A stretch of 64,000 nucleotides of DNA from NCBI GenBank assembly GCA_965602015.1, contig OZ271918.1, forward strand, positions 2,816,001 to 2,880,000, read 5' to 3'. Every line of letters begins with the position of its first letter. Position 1 is the first letter of the stretch. Made by a program: the position numbers and the translations under genes. Under the pieces are notes generated by a model that saw only the letters and a program-made list of their open reading frames with translations, was not told the DNA's origin and did not search any database. Source of the stretch: Salinispira sp. Lineage in GTDB: Bacteria > Spirochaetota > Spirochaetia > DSM-27196 > Salinispiraceae. Positions 9,155 through 19,152 of this stretch are shown piece after piece.

Positions 9155-10482
9155 TGTTCACTCCTCGTGAAGTTCGTCTGGATTTCAACCTGGTGGCCGT
9201 GTTTTGCGAGAAACCGGAAAAACCGGGTCTCGATAGGGGTTTCGCCGATCATCTTGCCGAAGCTGATCGACAGCACATCGCCGCAGCTCACCACGCTGAC
9301 CGCCTGCTTCATCACCGGGCTGGGCGGAGGGTAAAAGTCCACCCAGGCGATCCGCTCCATCCATTGTTCCGGCAGAGCGAAGGCGCCGATGTTGGAAAAG
9401 CTGGTGGTGAACCTGCTGTCGCCCTGACGCTGATAGCTGAGTGACAGCACCAGGTTCTTGATAATCAGGGGGATCATGCGTACCGGCAGGATCCTCTCGG
9501 TACGGGCGTGCCGGGCGAAATGCCGCCGGAGATTCTGCCGGTGCTTTTCGCCGCGCATATAATGGTGAACGTAGGCGCAGATTTCTTCGAATTTGTACTC
9601 CCCCAGCCTCAGGTCGATTTCCGGATCCACATAGACGAAAAAATTCCTCATCGTCCGGCTTCCGAACAGGCCGCGAAGATTCACCGGAACCAAAATGCGC
9701 ACCGGCCGGGAGAGGCGCCTGGGGGTTCGCCGGTTCACCCGCTGGAGGGCCAGCCAGTAATCCTGAAAGGCCATAAAGAGGACCGATACCAGGTACTCGG
9801 TGAGGCTCACACTATGGATTTGGGCTGCACTCCTGAGCGATGAAAGAGCGAGGTGTCCGCTGATGATGCGGTACTCGCCCTTGGAGAGTTTCCTGAATGG
9901 CAGATGAAAGGCCCGCTCGGGAAGCGCTTTGAGCGGCGCGCCTTTGAGACCGTAGTCGAGATACGAATCCTGCCACTCGTCCTCCGGCGGGGCTCCACCC
10001 TCAAGCTGATCAATCGTGGGCGGAGCGGCGGGATCGTTCTTGGCGTGTGAAAGGGCGAAGCGGATTTGCAGGTATTCATACACCAGGGTTCGCAGGAACT
10101 CCATGGCTCCCATTCCGTCGGTGAGAACATGGCTCACTTCAAGGGAAATGCGCCGCCCGTAGACCCGAACCCTCAACAGCTTTCGGTCCTTTATCAGGCT
10201 TGTGTAATCCATGCAAGGCCAATAGCGGTCGTGGGTGAGAAAGTCGGAGAAGTCCTTGAGCTCTTCAAGGTAGTACCAAAACAGACCGCGGTGGAGTTCG
10301 ACCGAGAAGTAGGGGTAGCGTTTTCTGGTGCGCTCCAGAGCCAGCTGCAAATCTTCGAGGACCAAATCGTCTTTCATCACCGCAGAAAGCCGAAAAAGAC
10401 TGGTGAAACGCTGCGACAGCACCGCCGGCCAGATTTTGGCGGAGTGATCGAGGGGATACCAGGCGGGCCGCTGTTCCTTCAT
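9151..10482 (-). CDS. Alcohol acetyltransferase-like / condensation-domain CoA-dependent acyltransferase
   Basis: HxxxDG motif (HVLTDG), WYPLD N-terminus, PVNLR...S.TMRNF, FSNIG. Confidence 0.8.
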   Translation of the reverse strand: MKEQRPAWYPLDHSAKIWPAVLSQRFTSLFRLSAVMKDDLVLEDLQLALERTRKRYPYFSVELHRGLFWYYLEELKDFSDFLTHDRYWPCMDYTSLIKDRKLLRVRVYGRRISLEVSHVLTDGMGAMEFLRTLVYEYLQIRFALSHAKNDPAAPPTIDQLEGGAPPEDEWQDSYLDYGLKGAPLKALPERAFHLPFRKLSKGEYRIISGHLALSSLRSAAQIHSVSLTEYLVSVLFMAFQDYWLALQRVNRRTPRRLSRPVRILVPVNLRGLFGSRTMRNFFVYVDPEIDLRLGEYKFEEICAYVHHYMRGEKHRQNLRRHFARHARTERILPVRMIPLIIKNLVLSLSYQRQGDSRFTTSFSNIGAFALPEQWMERIAWVDFYPPPSPVMKQAVSVVSCGDVLSISFGKMIGETPIETRFFRFLAKHGHQVEIQTNFTRSEQ

Positions 10483-10497
10483 AAGAGGGAGTATAGC

Positions 10498-10539
10498 AAA
10501 AAAAACGGCGTCCGCGGGATATAATCCTCGGGACGCCGT
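10498..10539 (-). terminator. Rho-independent terminator downstream of fbaA
   Basis: ACGGCGTCC...GGACGCCGT stem followed on the minus strand by a T8 run. Confidence 0.65.
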
Positions 10540-10611
10540 CGGTAAACCGGGGAATTACCCCGGCCCCGCAGGGCCGTCGCCCGCAATGGAGCGGCGGCAT
10601 TGACGGGAAAA

Positions 10612-11685
10612 CTAGAAGTCGAACTTGTTAACAGCGTTGAGGTCGTCGAAGGCCTGATACATGCGCTTGGCCACGCCCTTCTCCCCGAGGTGGAGCCACC
10701 CGCGGGGGTCGATTTTCTTTTTGTTGGGCTTGTCATCCCCTTCGGGGTTGCCGATCTGGGTCTGGAGGTAGGCTGAGTTTTCTTCGACGTACTTGACGAT
10801 GGGCTGGGTAAATGCCCACTGGGTGTCGGTGTCGATGTTGAACTTGATTGCGCCGTAACCCACAGCCTCGCGGATTTCTGCGCGGCTGGAACCCGATCCG
10901 CCGTGGAAGACGAAATTAACCGGCTTTGCGCCCAGGTTGCGCTCCTTGGAGATGTAGTCCTGGCTGTCCTTCAGGATTGAGGGCTTCAGGACGACGTTTC
11001 CGGGCTTGTACACCCCGTGGGTGTTGCCGAAGGCGGCGGCTACGGTGAACTTGCCCACGTTTACCAGGGCGTCATAGCTCTGAAGAACCTCCGCCGGCTG
11101 GGTGTAGAGCTTGGAATTATCGACGTCGCTGTTATCCACCCCGTCTTCTTCGCCGCCGGTGATGCCCAGCTCGATTTCCAGGGTCATATCGATTTTTGCC
11201 ATGCGCTCGAGCATTTTAGCGGATATTTCCAGGTTCTCTTCCAGGGGCTCTTCGGAGAGGTCGAGCATGTGAGAGGAAAACAGGGGTTCGCCGTGCTGAC
11301 GGTAGAATTCCTCGCCCTCGGCTACCATTCCTTCCACCCAGGGGATGAGTTTCTTGGCGGCGTGGTCGGTGTGAAGAATTACCGGCACTCCATAGAGTTC
11401 GGCCATGCGGCGGATGTGATATGCGCCGGCAACCGCACCGGCGATGGCGCCGCGCTCATTGGTGTTGTCGACAAACTTGCCGGCGTTAAAAAGGGCTCCG
11501 CCGTTGGAAAACTGAATGATTACCGGGGCCTTTGCTTCTTTGGCTGACTGCAGTGCGGCGGCGATGGTATTCGAGCCGATGACATTCATTGCGGGAAGGG
11601 CGCATTCCTGCTCTTTGCAGTATGCGAGGACCTCATCGAGCTGGGCTCCGGTGATGACACCGGGTTTGAGCTTGAGATTTGCCAT
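10612..11685 (-). CDS. fbaA: Fructose-bisphosphate aldolase class II (type A)
   Basis: HTDH, SSHMLDLS, TGGEEDG, GNTHGVYKPG, FHGGSG, NIDTD, DPR motifs. Confidence 0.97.
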   Translation of the reverse strand: MANLKLKPGVITGAQLDEVLAYCKEQECALPAMNVIGSNTIAAALQSAKEAKAPVIIQFSNGGALFNAGKFVDNTNERGAIAGAVAGAYHIRRMAELYGVPVILHTDHAAKKLIPWVEGMVAEGEEFYRQHGEPLFSSHMLDLSEEPLEENLEISAKMLERMAKIDMTLEIELGITGGEEDGVDNSDVDNSKLYTQPAEVLQSYDALVNVGKFTVAAAFGNTHGVYKPGNVVLKPSILKDSQDYISKERNLGAKPVNFVFHGGSGSSRAEIREAVGYGAIKFNIDTDTQWAFTQPIVKYVEENSAYLQTQIGNPEGDDKPNKKKIDPRGWLHLGEKGVAKRMYQAFDDLNAVNKFDF

Positions 11686-11769
11686 GGGATACTCCTGATT
11701 AGCGATTTTGTATGAAAACTGCCCTTATTTTACGCTTCACGGCAGCTTTGTCAATGACGGGGGAGCCCC

Positions 11770-11922
11770 CCCGGCATGCGCCATGCCTCGGCATACACCA
11801 GCTCCCGGCGGGCGGCAGTCCCCTACATCCAACAAGCCCTGGCGAGCGCCAGGCCCCGGCGAGCGGCAGCCCCCGGAATGTACCAGTCCCCGACATGCGG
11901 CAGGCACCGGCGTGCGGCGCTC
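11770..11922. repeat. Degenerate tandem array, 9 x 17 bp (consensus approx. CCCGGCRWGCGSCAGKC)
   Basis: Units start at 11770, 11787, 11804, 11821, 11838, 11855, 11872, 11889 and 11906, with an exact 17-bp period and no indels. Confidence 0.8.
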
Positions 11923-12005
11923 CCCCGACCGGCGGGAACAGACCAGCTGGTTTTTTACCGCGGCACCCATTGCCAGGTAGGAGACGCTTCTCTATATTAC
12001 GATCC

Positions 12006-12821
12006 ATGAATCAGGACCAAGTAAAAGAACAGCTTCTCCGCCTCGAATCCGAGGTTGAGGAGTTCAAGGTGATATTTTCCGGCAAGACAAGCAAAAAGGT
12101 TCACGGGCTCTACCATCCGGACACCCGGGAAATCATAATACACAACCGGAACTTCACCCACGACTCCGCGCTGATGTACACCGCGATCCATGAATTCGCC
12201 CATCACATCCATTTCACCGGTAGCGACAGCCCGGTGAGCAACCGGGCCCACACCACCGCGTTTCGAAGCATTTTCCACCGCCTGCTGCAGAAGGCCGAAT
12301 CCATGGGGATTTATGAAAACACCCTGGACCGGGTAGATGAACTGCAGGAGCTGGCCCGATCCATGCGCCAGCGTTTTATCCAGACCAACGGTGAACTGAT
12401 GAAGGAATTCGGACACGCCCTCATGGAGGCGGAGAAACTCTGCCGCAAACACGGTGCCCGCTTCGAGGACTTCGTCGAGCGGGTGCTGCAGCTGCCAAAA
12501 TCCACCGCCAGCACCCTCATGAAGGTCAAAGCCCTCGACCTGCCTCCGGATCTCGGCTTTGAAAACATGAAAACCCTGGCCGGGGTTCGCAACAAAGACG
12601 CCCGGGGCGAGGCCATAGAGTCATTTCGCCAAGGGTACTCGCCGGACATGGTGAAGCAGGGAATCAAGGAGCGGAGTCCCGTGAGGGAAATCGATCCCCA
12701 GAAAAAACTCGAAAGCGAGAAACGGCGCATTGAGAAAAGCCTGACCAGCCTGCGCAGCCGGCTGGAAGAAATTGAACACGAACTGGAACGGATGATGTAT
12801 ACTGAGGAACAGGGAGTATAA
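12006..12821 (+). CDS. Conserved hypothetical protein with a zincin HExxH motif (SprT-like N-terminus) and a C-terminal coiled coil
   Basis: HEFAHH plus downstream AH..F. The ORF-track extension to 11712 is only the translated 17-bp array; likely start MNQDQ at 12006. Confidence 0.75.
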   Translation: MNQDQVKEQLLRLESEVEEFKVIFSGKTSKKVHGLYHPDTREIIIHNRNFTHDSALMYTAIHEFAHHIHFTGSDSPVSNRAHTTAFRSIFHRLLQKAESMGIYENTLDRVDELQELARSMRQRFIQTNGELMKEFGHALMEAEKLCRKHGARFEDFVERVLQLPKSTASTLMKVKALDLPPDLGFENMKTLAGVRNKDARGEAIESFRQGYSPDMVKQGIKERSPVREIDPQKKLESEKRRIEKSLTSLRSRLEEIEHELERMMYTEEQGV

Positions 12822-12825
12822 TATC

Positions 12826-13134
12826 ATGAGCTACGTAGAATCAGTGGAGTACAGCAAGGTTGACGGGACGCGCGCTGACCGCCATCTGCGAATCTACGCC
12901 CTTTCCACATGCGCCTTTTGCGAGAAAGCAATGAACTTTCTCAAAGAGCAAAACTATCAATTCGAATATCTTTTTATGGATCTCATAGACCGGGAAGTCA
13001 AACGGAGCATAAAGTCTGAACTCAAGGAGAAACACGGCAGCATCCCCCTCTTTCCCTTGCTGGTAGTCGACGGTGAAACCGCCGTCTCGGGATTCACCGA
13101 AGAAAAATGGCGGGAGCTTCTCAATCTTGGCTAA
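12826..13134 (+). CDS. Glutaredoxin-like protein (NrdH-type)
   Basis: CAFC redox motif, FP.LVVDG...SGF. Confidence 0.85.
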   Translation: MSYVESVEYSKVDGTRADRHLRIYALSTCAFCEKAMNFLKEQNYQFEYLFMDLIDREVKRSIKSELKEKHGSIPLFPLLVVDGETAVSGFTEEKWRELLNLG

Positions 13135-13471
13135 GAAAGAAAAAACCAGCGAACAGGTGGACCGCTTCGTCAACCAGGTTGCGGACAAGCAGGGCTGGGT
13201 TCTCAACAAAGATAAAGAGTTCCTCAACACCATCAAGGAAGGCCTCAAAACGACCCACAACCGGGAGGGATACTTCCTCTGCCCCTGCAGGGACGGTTCG
13301 GGGGTGAAAAAAGAAGATGAGGATATCATCTGTCCCTGCGTGTACAATGTTCCGGATCAAAAAGAATACGGCCACTGCTTCTGCGGCCTGTTTTTTGACC
13401 CGGAGTACCAGAAGAACGGCGGGGAATTCAACCAGATTCCCGACCGCCGCCCCGAAGATCTCTACGATTAA
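13127..13471 (+). CDS. Ferredoxin-thioredoxin reductase catalytic-subunit family protein
   Basis: CPC...CPC...HCFC cysteine pattern; TTG start at 13127 with GGGAG RBS, overlapping the glutaredoxin stop. Confidence 0.88.
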   Translation: MAKKEKTSEQVDRFVNQVADKQGWVLNKDKEFLNTIKEGLKTTHNREGYFLCPCRDGSGVKKEDEDIICPCVYNVPDQKEYGHCFCGLFFDPEYQKNGGEFNQIPDRRPEDLYD

Positions 13472-13508
13472 CAACCTCAGGCCGCGGCGTCTGCCCGGGG
13501 CGTGGACT

Positions 13509-14621
13509 TCAGAGTAACCCGTCCAAATCAGACAGAAACTCATTCACTTCTTTTTCACCGCTGTCCCAGCTGGTCATCAGCCGATAGGAATCCTCATCCC
13601 AGGCATAGAATTTGTATTTCTGTTGTAGCTTTTCGGCGATGGCCGGCGGCATAATGACAAAAACCGCGTTGGCTTCGGGCTCCTGCTTGAGTTCGAGCCG
13701 GTGGCCCGCGGCGGCGAATTGTTCCCGCCGCCCGTCGATTCCCTCTGCCAACCGGCTGGCCAGGGAGTTCGCGGCGAGGGCGTTTCGAAGCCAGAGCGAA
13801 CCGCCGTACATCGCATCAAACTGAGCGGAAATGTAGCGCATTTTGCTTGCCAGCTGGGCGGTCTGCTTTCGGTAGAAGGGCAAGTCGCCGTTTTCCCCGC
13901 AGCCGTTCATCAGAACGATGCCCTCGCCGAACATAAGACCGTTCTTTGTACCTCCCAGGGAAAGGGCGTTAACCCCGGCCTCCACCGTCATGGCGGAAAG
14001 TATTTCCCGCCCCCGCTGAGTGAGGGCCGAGTCGGACAGGCTCTCCCAGCCGGGCTCCCGTTGGACGAGAATTCTGGCGACGGCATTGGCAATGCGGGCC
14101 CCGTCCATATGAAAAAGCAGGCCATGCTCCCGGCAGACCCTGCCGATTTCCTGCAGCTCTTCAACGGTATATACCCGGCCAAGCTCGTTGCTCTGGGTAA
14201 CCGACACCATGGCCGGCTGGACGCTGTGGACGAAACCCAGCCTGCCCAACATAGAGGGAATGTCGGCGGCGCTGATCTTGCCCCCGCTTTCCGGGAGGAA
14301 TTCGATTTTCATTCCGCCCATGGCTTCAAGGGCCCCGCACTCATCTTCTTCTATATGTGAGGTCCTGGGGGCCAATACCGACTGATACCCCTTGAGCAGA
14401 CTGCGGACCGCTACCACATTGGCGGCGGTGCCGTTGTAGACGAACCAGGTCCGGCTCGTACTGCCGAACAGCTCGGCCATGAGCCGGTGGGCAGAGGCGG
14501 TAAAATCATCGTCTCCGTAGCTGATGCGGTGACCGGCCCGGTTGGCGCCGTCCAGCGCAGATATGACCTCTGGATGTACGGAAGAACAGTTGTCGCTTGC
14601 AAAATAACGGGAGATTTCCAT
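13509..14621 (-). CDS. ltaE: Low-specificity L-threonine aldolase (PLP)
   Basis: FASDN, YG.D, NGTAAN, H...DECGA, HMDGAR, GGTKNG, SKMRY. Confidence 0.9.
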   Translation of the reverse strand: MEISRYFASDNCSSVHPEVISALDGANRAGHRISYGDDDFTASAHRLMAELFGSTSRTWFVYNGTAANVVAVRSLLKGYQSVLAPRTSHIEEDECGALEAMGGMKIEFLPESGGKISAADIPSMLGRLGFVHSVQPAMVSVTQSNELGRVYTVEELQEIGRVCREHGLLFHMDGARIANAVARILVQREPGWESLSDSALTQRGREILSAMTVEAGVNALSLGGTKNGLMFGEGIVLMNGCGENGDLPFYRKQTAQLASKMRYISAQFDAMYGGSLWLRNALAANSLASRLAEGIDGRREQFAAAGHRLELKQEPEANAVFVIMPPAIAEKLQQKYKFYAWDEDSYRLMTSWDSGEKEVNEFLSDLDGLL

Positions 14622-14654
14622 GCCCGAGAGTATATAACGCAAGGGCTTCGGCCG

Positions 14655-15899
14655 TCACATGCCTATCTGTGAATTGAGATATTCCCGGAACTTTTTTGCG
14701 TGACGGTTTTCCGAGTCGATATCCAGGACGGCGTCGCAGTCGGCTATGGCGCCGCTGTAGTCACCCAGGGAATGGTAGAGCTGGCTGCGCGACAGAAGGG
14801 CGTCTTCGCTGCGGGGATTGTGCTCGATGCAGCGGTTGAATTCCTGGATGGCTGCCCGGTCATTTCCCCGCTGCCTGAGGCATAGCCCCAAATACAGCCG
14901 CGCCCGCTCCCCTTCAGCGCTGATTTTCAGGGAGGAGCGGAAGTCTTCTTCGGCCGCCTGATACTCCCCGGTGGCAAAGCGCGCCATACCCCTGTGGAGA
15001 AAGACCATGGCCATTATGCTTTCCGGCGCGCTCTCGTCGAGAATTCGGCTGTATATGCTTATGGCCGACTCGTAATGGTGGGCGTTATGGGCGTAGAGGG
15101 CCTTGAGAAGCTGGCTCTCCTGGGTCTCCGTAGAAATGCTGTTGAGCAGTGGATGATCGGGAAATGAGCCCAGGCTGTCGGGTTTCACCGGAGGCAGCTG
15201 TTCTCCGCCGACCATTTCATCGTGTTGAACCATGGACATAAAGGCCACTCTCCGGCGGTCCAGCTGATGCTGAAGCTCCCGCTGATAGACCCGTATCTCG
15301 TGAAAAATCATGTCCGATAGGGAGAGATTCGCGTTTAACGCCGCCAGCTTCCGCCTGAGATTGGCGTCGAACGGGGTAATCTGGGACTTGTATACCATTT
15401 CGTGTTCGACCTCGGCCCAGGCATCTTGAAGAATGGTCCGGAGCTGCACTTCCGCAACCAAATTGCCGCTTAAATGAAAGCTCTCAACCACGTCGCCGGG
15501 CAGCTCGATAAGAAAATGAAGGGAATCGTAGCCGAATTCCTTGAAAGAAAACTCGGCCCCTTTTTTTTCCCGTTCGGTGATGGTGAAATTCTCATCGAGG
15601 AGTTTCTCGGCAGATTCCAGGTCGTCGAGAAAGGGGCAGACAATTCTCAAGCCCAACACATCGCTGATCAGGAGGGTGGTGTCGCCGTTCACCTCGCCCA
15701 TGCGTTTCTGGATTTTCGCATAATAGCTGGCGAAGCTCTTTACCCGGTATTTCACCGTCGCCCGGATTCTGCGCTGCTCCAGCAGCACCCTCAGCCGGCG
15801 ATGGAGCTCGTACATGGCCCGCTCAAAGCTGTCCGCATGCTCCAGATATTCCTGCTCGAGCTCCATTTTGGATTTCGGGGGTAGGCTGACGTGAATCAT
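14655..15899 (-). CDS. RelA/SpoT-domain small alarmone synthetase with C-terminal TPR repeats
   Basis: RVKS..S...K, D.LGLRI, GY.SLH, EVQLRT..Q.AWAE.EH; TPR-like helical C-terminus. Confidence 0.88.
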   Translation of the reverse strand: MIHVSLPPKSKMELEQEYLEHADSFERAMYELHRRLRVLLEQRRIRATVKYRVKSFASYYAKIQKRMGEVNGDTTLLISDVLGLRIVCPFLDDLESAEKLLDENFTITEREKKGAEFSFKEFGYDSLHFLIELPGDVVESFHLSGNLVAEVQLRTILQDAWAEVEHEMVYKSQITPFDANLRRKLAALNANLSLSDMIFHEIRVYQRELQHQLDRRRVAFMSMVQHDEMVGGEQLPPVKPDSLGSFPDHPLLNSISTETQESQLLKALYAHNAHHYESAISIYSRILDESAPESIMAMVFLHRGMARFATGEYQAAEEDFRSSLKISAEGERARLYLGLCLRQRGNDRAAIQEFNRCIEHNPRSEDALLSRSQLYHSLGDYSGAIADCDAVLDIDSENRHAKKFREYLNSQIGM

Positions 15900-15906
15900 C
15901 TGCTTT

Positions 15907-16749
15907 TTATTCTACCACATCGCGAAAGGTTTTTGATTCCAAATCATCGATATTTATGATGGACAGGAAGCAGCCCTGAAAATACCCGCTGTCGGGATCG
16001 GAGATGATCTGAGGAATCATGTAACAGACAAACACCCTGCCGCCGTAGGCAATTTTGGTGACGGCGGGCTCGGGACGGAATTTCGTGCCGAAGCGTCTGG
16101 GTGCCCGTGAAGAGTCGAATATCGAGAAGAATCCCTCGAGTCTTTCCGGATCAAGCAGGAAGCTGGAGGCCGGGAGGTTCTGGATGTCTTCAAGGGCACA
16201 GCCCAGGGTCTTGAGAATGTTGATATTCGCATAGCGAACCCCGCCCCGCTCGTCCAGAAGGCAAAAACCCTGATTCATATGCTCCAGCAGGCGCTGAATC
16301 TGAAGCTCCTGGGCGCGGATCCGCCGTTCGGTACGGAATTTGTACATGGCAATGGAAACGGCAGTTGAGAGCTCCCGGTCGGTGAAGGGTTTTGCAAGAA
16401 AGCCGAAGGGCTGGGTTTCGGGTATTCGCCGGAGGATATCCTCCTCTATGACGCCGCTGACATAGACCACCGGAACATCATAGCGGTCCCGAAGAAGGGT
16501 TGCCGCCGAAATGCCGTCAACGGTGCCGTTGATCTCGATATCCATAAGAACCAGGTCGGGCTTATGCCGGTGCATTACCGCTTCCAGCTCATCAGCCCGG
16601 TCAACCACCGCTTCGACGGAATACCCCAGGCGCTGCAGACTTCGCTGAAGGGCGGCGGCGATAATGAACTCGTCTTCCACTATGAGGACGCCGGTTTTTA
16701 TCCCTTCTGTTTCGAGTTCAGTATGCGCGCCCGCCATAGGCATATCCAT
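15907..16749 (-). CDS. Response regulator receiver + PAS domain protein
   Basis: IVEDE, LMDI, KPF receiver motifs; C-terminal PAS-like segment; no DNA-binding output domain visible. Confidence 0.85.
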   Translation of the reverse strand: MDMPMAGAHTELETEGIKTGVLIVEDEFIIAAALQRSLQRLGYSVEAVVDRADELEAVMHRHKPDLVLMDIEINGTVDGISAATLLRDRYDVPVVYVSGVIEEDILRRIPETQPFGFLAKPFTDRELSTAVSIAMYKFRTERRIRAQELQIQRLLEHMNQGFCLLDERGGVRYANINILKTLGCALEDIQNLPASSFLLDPERLEGFFSIFDSSRAPRRFGTKFRPEPAVTKIAYGGRVFVCYMIPQIISDPDSGYFQGCFLSIINIDDLESKTFRDVVE

Positions 16750-16797
16750 CGGCCGCCTCCCCCGGACCGGTCCGCGGTCCTGGAAACCACTATTGTA

Positions 16798-17907
16798 CTA
16801 CACGTTGAATTTAAAATGTATCACATCGCCGTCCTTGACGGGATATTCCTTTCCTTCCATTCGCAATCGCCCAGCTTCGCGGATTTTCTGCTCACTGCCC
16901 AATTCGAACAGGTCTTCGCAATGGTAGACCTCAGCCTTAATGAACCCCTTTTCAAAATCAGTGTGGATTACTCCCGCTGCCCGGGGCGCTTTATCGCCTT
17001 CATGGAATGTCCATGCCCGAACCTCTTTCTCGCCGGCGGTAAAATAGGTGCGAAGACCCAAAAGTCCGTAACCTTCATGAATCAGGGCGCTCAAACCGCT
17101 TTCCTCCAGGCCCATATCGGCGAGAAATTCGCTGCGCTCCTCCTCGGTTTCCAGATCGGCAATTTCCCGTTCAAGCTGGCCGCAGAGCACAACGACCCCG
17201 GCGCCTTCGGTCTTCGCGATGTCCCTCACGGTTTTTACATAGTCGTTCTCTTTCCCGATTCCGTCTTCATCGACATTGCAGAGGTAGAGCATTTTTTTCA
17301 TGGTGATGAGATGCATATCGTAAATCAGGGCCCGCTGCTCTTCATCGAGATCAAGGCTGCGGGCGGGTTTGCCCTCTTCGAGGACGCTTTTGAGCATGTC
17401 GAGGATTGGGGCCAGGGACTTGGCGGTGGTCTGCACCTTTTTGTCCGCCGACCGGCTCTCCTTCTCCAGGCGGGCCCGCCGTTTGTCGACGGTTTCCAGG
17501 TCCGCGAGAGCCAGTTCGATATTGATGGTTTCGATGTCGCTGGCGGGGTCGATGGCATTGTCCACGTGAACGATATCTTCGTTTTCGAAGCAGCGCACCA
17601 CATGTACGATGACCCCGACTTCCCGGATATGGCTGAGGAACTTATTGCCCAGACCCTCCCCCTTGCTGGCCCCTTTGACAAGACCGGCGATATCGACGAA
17701 CTCCACCACCGCGGGGATGATTTTCTGCGGGGGGATTATTTCGGCGATGCGCTTGAGCCGCTTGTCTGGCACCGCCACCAGGCCCACATTCGGTTCAATG
17801 GTGCAAAAAGGATAGTTCGCGGCCTCGGCAGGGGCCGAGGTCAGGGAAGAAAATATGGTCGATTTGCCGACATTAGGCAGGCCGACGATCCCGCAATTCA
17901 GGGGCAT
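16798..17907 (-). CDS. ychF: Redox-regulated ATPase YchF
   Basis: [43 protein letters not shown]-terminus. Confidence 0.98.
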   Translation of the reverse strand: MPLNCGIVGLPNVGKSTIFSSLTSAPAEAANYPFCTIEPNVGLVAVPDKRLKRIAEIIPPQKIIPAVVEFVDIAGLVKGASKGEGLGNKFLSHIREVGVIVHVVRCFENEDIVHVDNAIDPASDIETINIELALADLETVDKRRARLEKESRSADKKVQTTAKSLAPILDMLKSVLEEGKPARSLDLDEEQRALIYDMHLITMKKMLYLCNVDEDGIGKENDYVKTVRDIAKTEGAGVVVLCGQLEREIADLETEEERSEFLADMGLEESGLSALIHEGYGLLGLRTYFTAGEKEVRAWTFHEGDKAPRAAGVIHTDFEKGFIKAEVYHCEDLFELGSEQKIREAGRLRMEGKEYPVKDGDVIHFKFNV

Positions 17908-18068
17908 GGAGTCTCCTTCATCCGGGACCGAACCCGGCGTATTTAACTATTATAATTCAGGCATGTACCGGTTTGAAAAATTGCTGCAGTGTACCGCGTT
18001 ATGCCGGCCTTATCAATAATGCCGCCCGACTTATTGACTTTATATATGATAATTTATATATATAGTCT

Positions 18069-18407
18069 GTGAATAGAATACTACAGGAATCGACGAGTTT
18101 TGACGATCTTGCCCGGGATATTCAGTCATCCCGCATGCTGCTCGCCTACTTCTCCGCTCCGGATTGCGGGGTATGCGGCGCGTTAAAACCAAAAATCATA
18201 GAAATCCTCGAAGACTACCCTGATATCGAATCCCGGTATATCAACGTCCGGGTTCAGAAAGAAGCGGCCGCCCAGCACAGTATTTTTTCCCTTCCGGGTA
18301 TCCTGGTGTTTGCAGAAGGCCGGGAGAGCATCAGGGAGGCACGCTTCGTCCACATAGATCAGCTGAGGCAGGCTATTGACCGGATTCACCGGATGGTGTT
18401 TGCCTAG
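18069..18407 (+). CDS. Thioredoxin family protein
   Basis: CGVC motif followed by LKP; thioredoxin-fold size; GTG start. Confidence 0.8.
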   Translation: MNRILQESTSFDDLARDIQSSRMLLAYFSAPDCGVCGALKPKIIEILEDYPDIESRYINVRVQKEAAAQHSIFSLPGILVFAEGRESIREARFVHIDQLRQAIDRIHRMVFA

Positions 18408-18472
18408 GGCTTCTACCGGGAGACCCTTAGCCGATACAATGCAAGCGGGGGGCGAATCTGCATTACTACGAC

Positions 18473-19144
18473 TTGGTACATCCGGAGAACCTCAGTCCCG
18501 AGGCCTTTGACTATCTCCTTTCCCGGGGCTGGTATCCCATGCGCCAGGCGATATTTACCACGTCGCACATCGAAAGCCCGGAAGGCCAGGTCCGGCAGGT
18601 CCACTGGCTGCGCTATCCGGTGGCTGAGATTACTCAGCGCCAGTCCCACCGTCGTATCCGCCGGCGCAATGGGGAATTCTCCGTTGAACTGCTCGACCCC
18701 TTCACTCACTCCGATGAGCTCGACGAGCTGTATTCCCGCTATCTCGACTCGGTGGATTTCGACGGCTACCCCACCATTGCCGCGGCGAGCCTGAATCCCG
18801 GAGAGGCAAACATCTACAGCAGCCGGGCCTTTCTGGTAAGGGATAATCAGCGGATTATTGCATGCGGGCTTTTCCATCAGGGAGACCGGGCACTGGCCTC
18901 CATACTCCATTTCTACGATCCGGGCTACCGGAATTATAGCCTGGGAAAATACCTTATTCTTCTGACGGTGGATTACTGCCGCAACAACGGCATCAGCTGG
19001 TACTACCCGGGCTATGTCATCCGGCAGGATGGCAGGATGGACTACAAACTGTTTCTCGGCCGGGGCCTGGCCCAGTATTACGACCCGGCTCCCCATCCGA
19101 TGAACGGGACATGGCGGAAATTCGAACAGTCAATTTTGGACTGA
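18473..19144 (+). CDS. Arginyl/leucyl-tRNA-protein transferase family (ATE/Bpt-like)
   Basis: L..GW, LY..Y, FYDP.Y...SLG, YY.GY...MDYK; start codon uncertain (TTG 18473 or CTG 18458). Confidence 0.8.
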   Translation: MVHPENLSPEAFDYLLSRGWYPMRQAIFTTSHIESPEGQVRQVHWLRYPVAEITQRQSHRRIRRRNGEFSVELLDPFTHSDELDELYSRYLDSVDFDGYPTIAAASLNPGEANIYSSRAFLVRDNQRIIACGLFHQGDRALASILHFYDPGYRNYSLGKYLILLTVDYCRNNGISWYYPGYVIRQDGRMDYKLFLGRGLAQYYDPAPHPMNGTWRKFEQSILD

Positions 19145-19152
19145 CGGCGGGC

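Noticed and set aside
11770..11922. CRISPR array
   Set aside because: Units are contiguous and degenerate, with no unique spacers and no cas genes in the window.
11712..12005. N-terminal extension of the 369-aa ORF and overlapping short ORFs
   Set aside because: These are Pro/Ala-rich translations of the 17-bp array; protein-like sequence starts at 12006.
16564..17946. 460-aa plus-strand ORF
   Set aside because: Antisense shadow of ychF with no motifs. The same applies to 20958-22019, 22809-23831, 38649-39611, 48254-49279 and 57321-58202.
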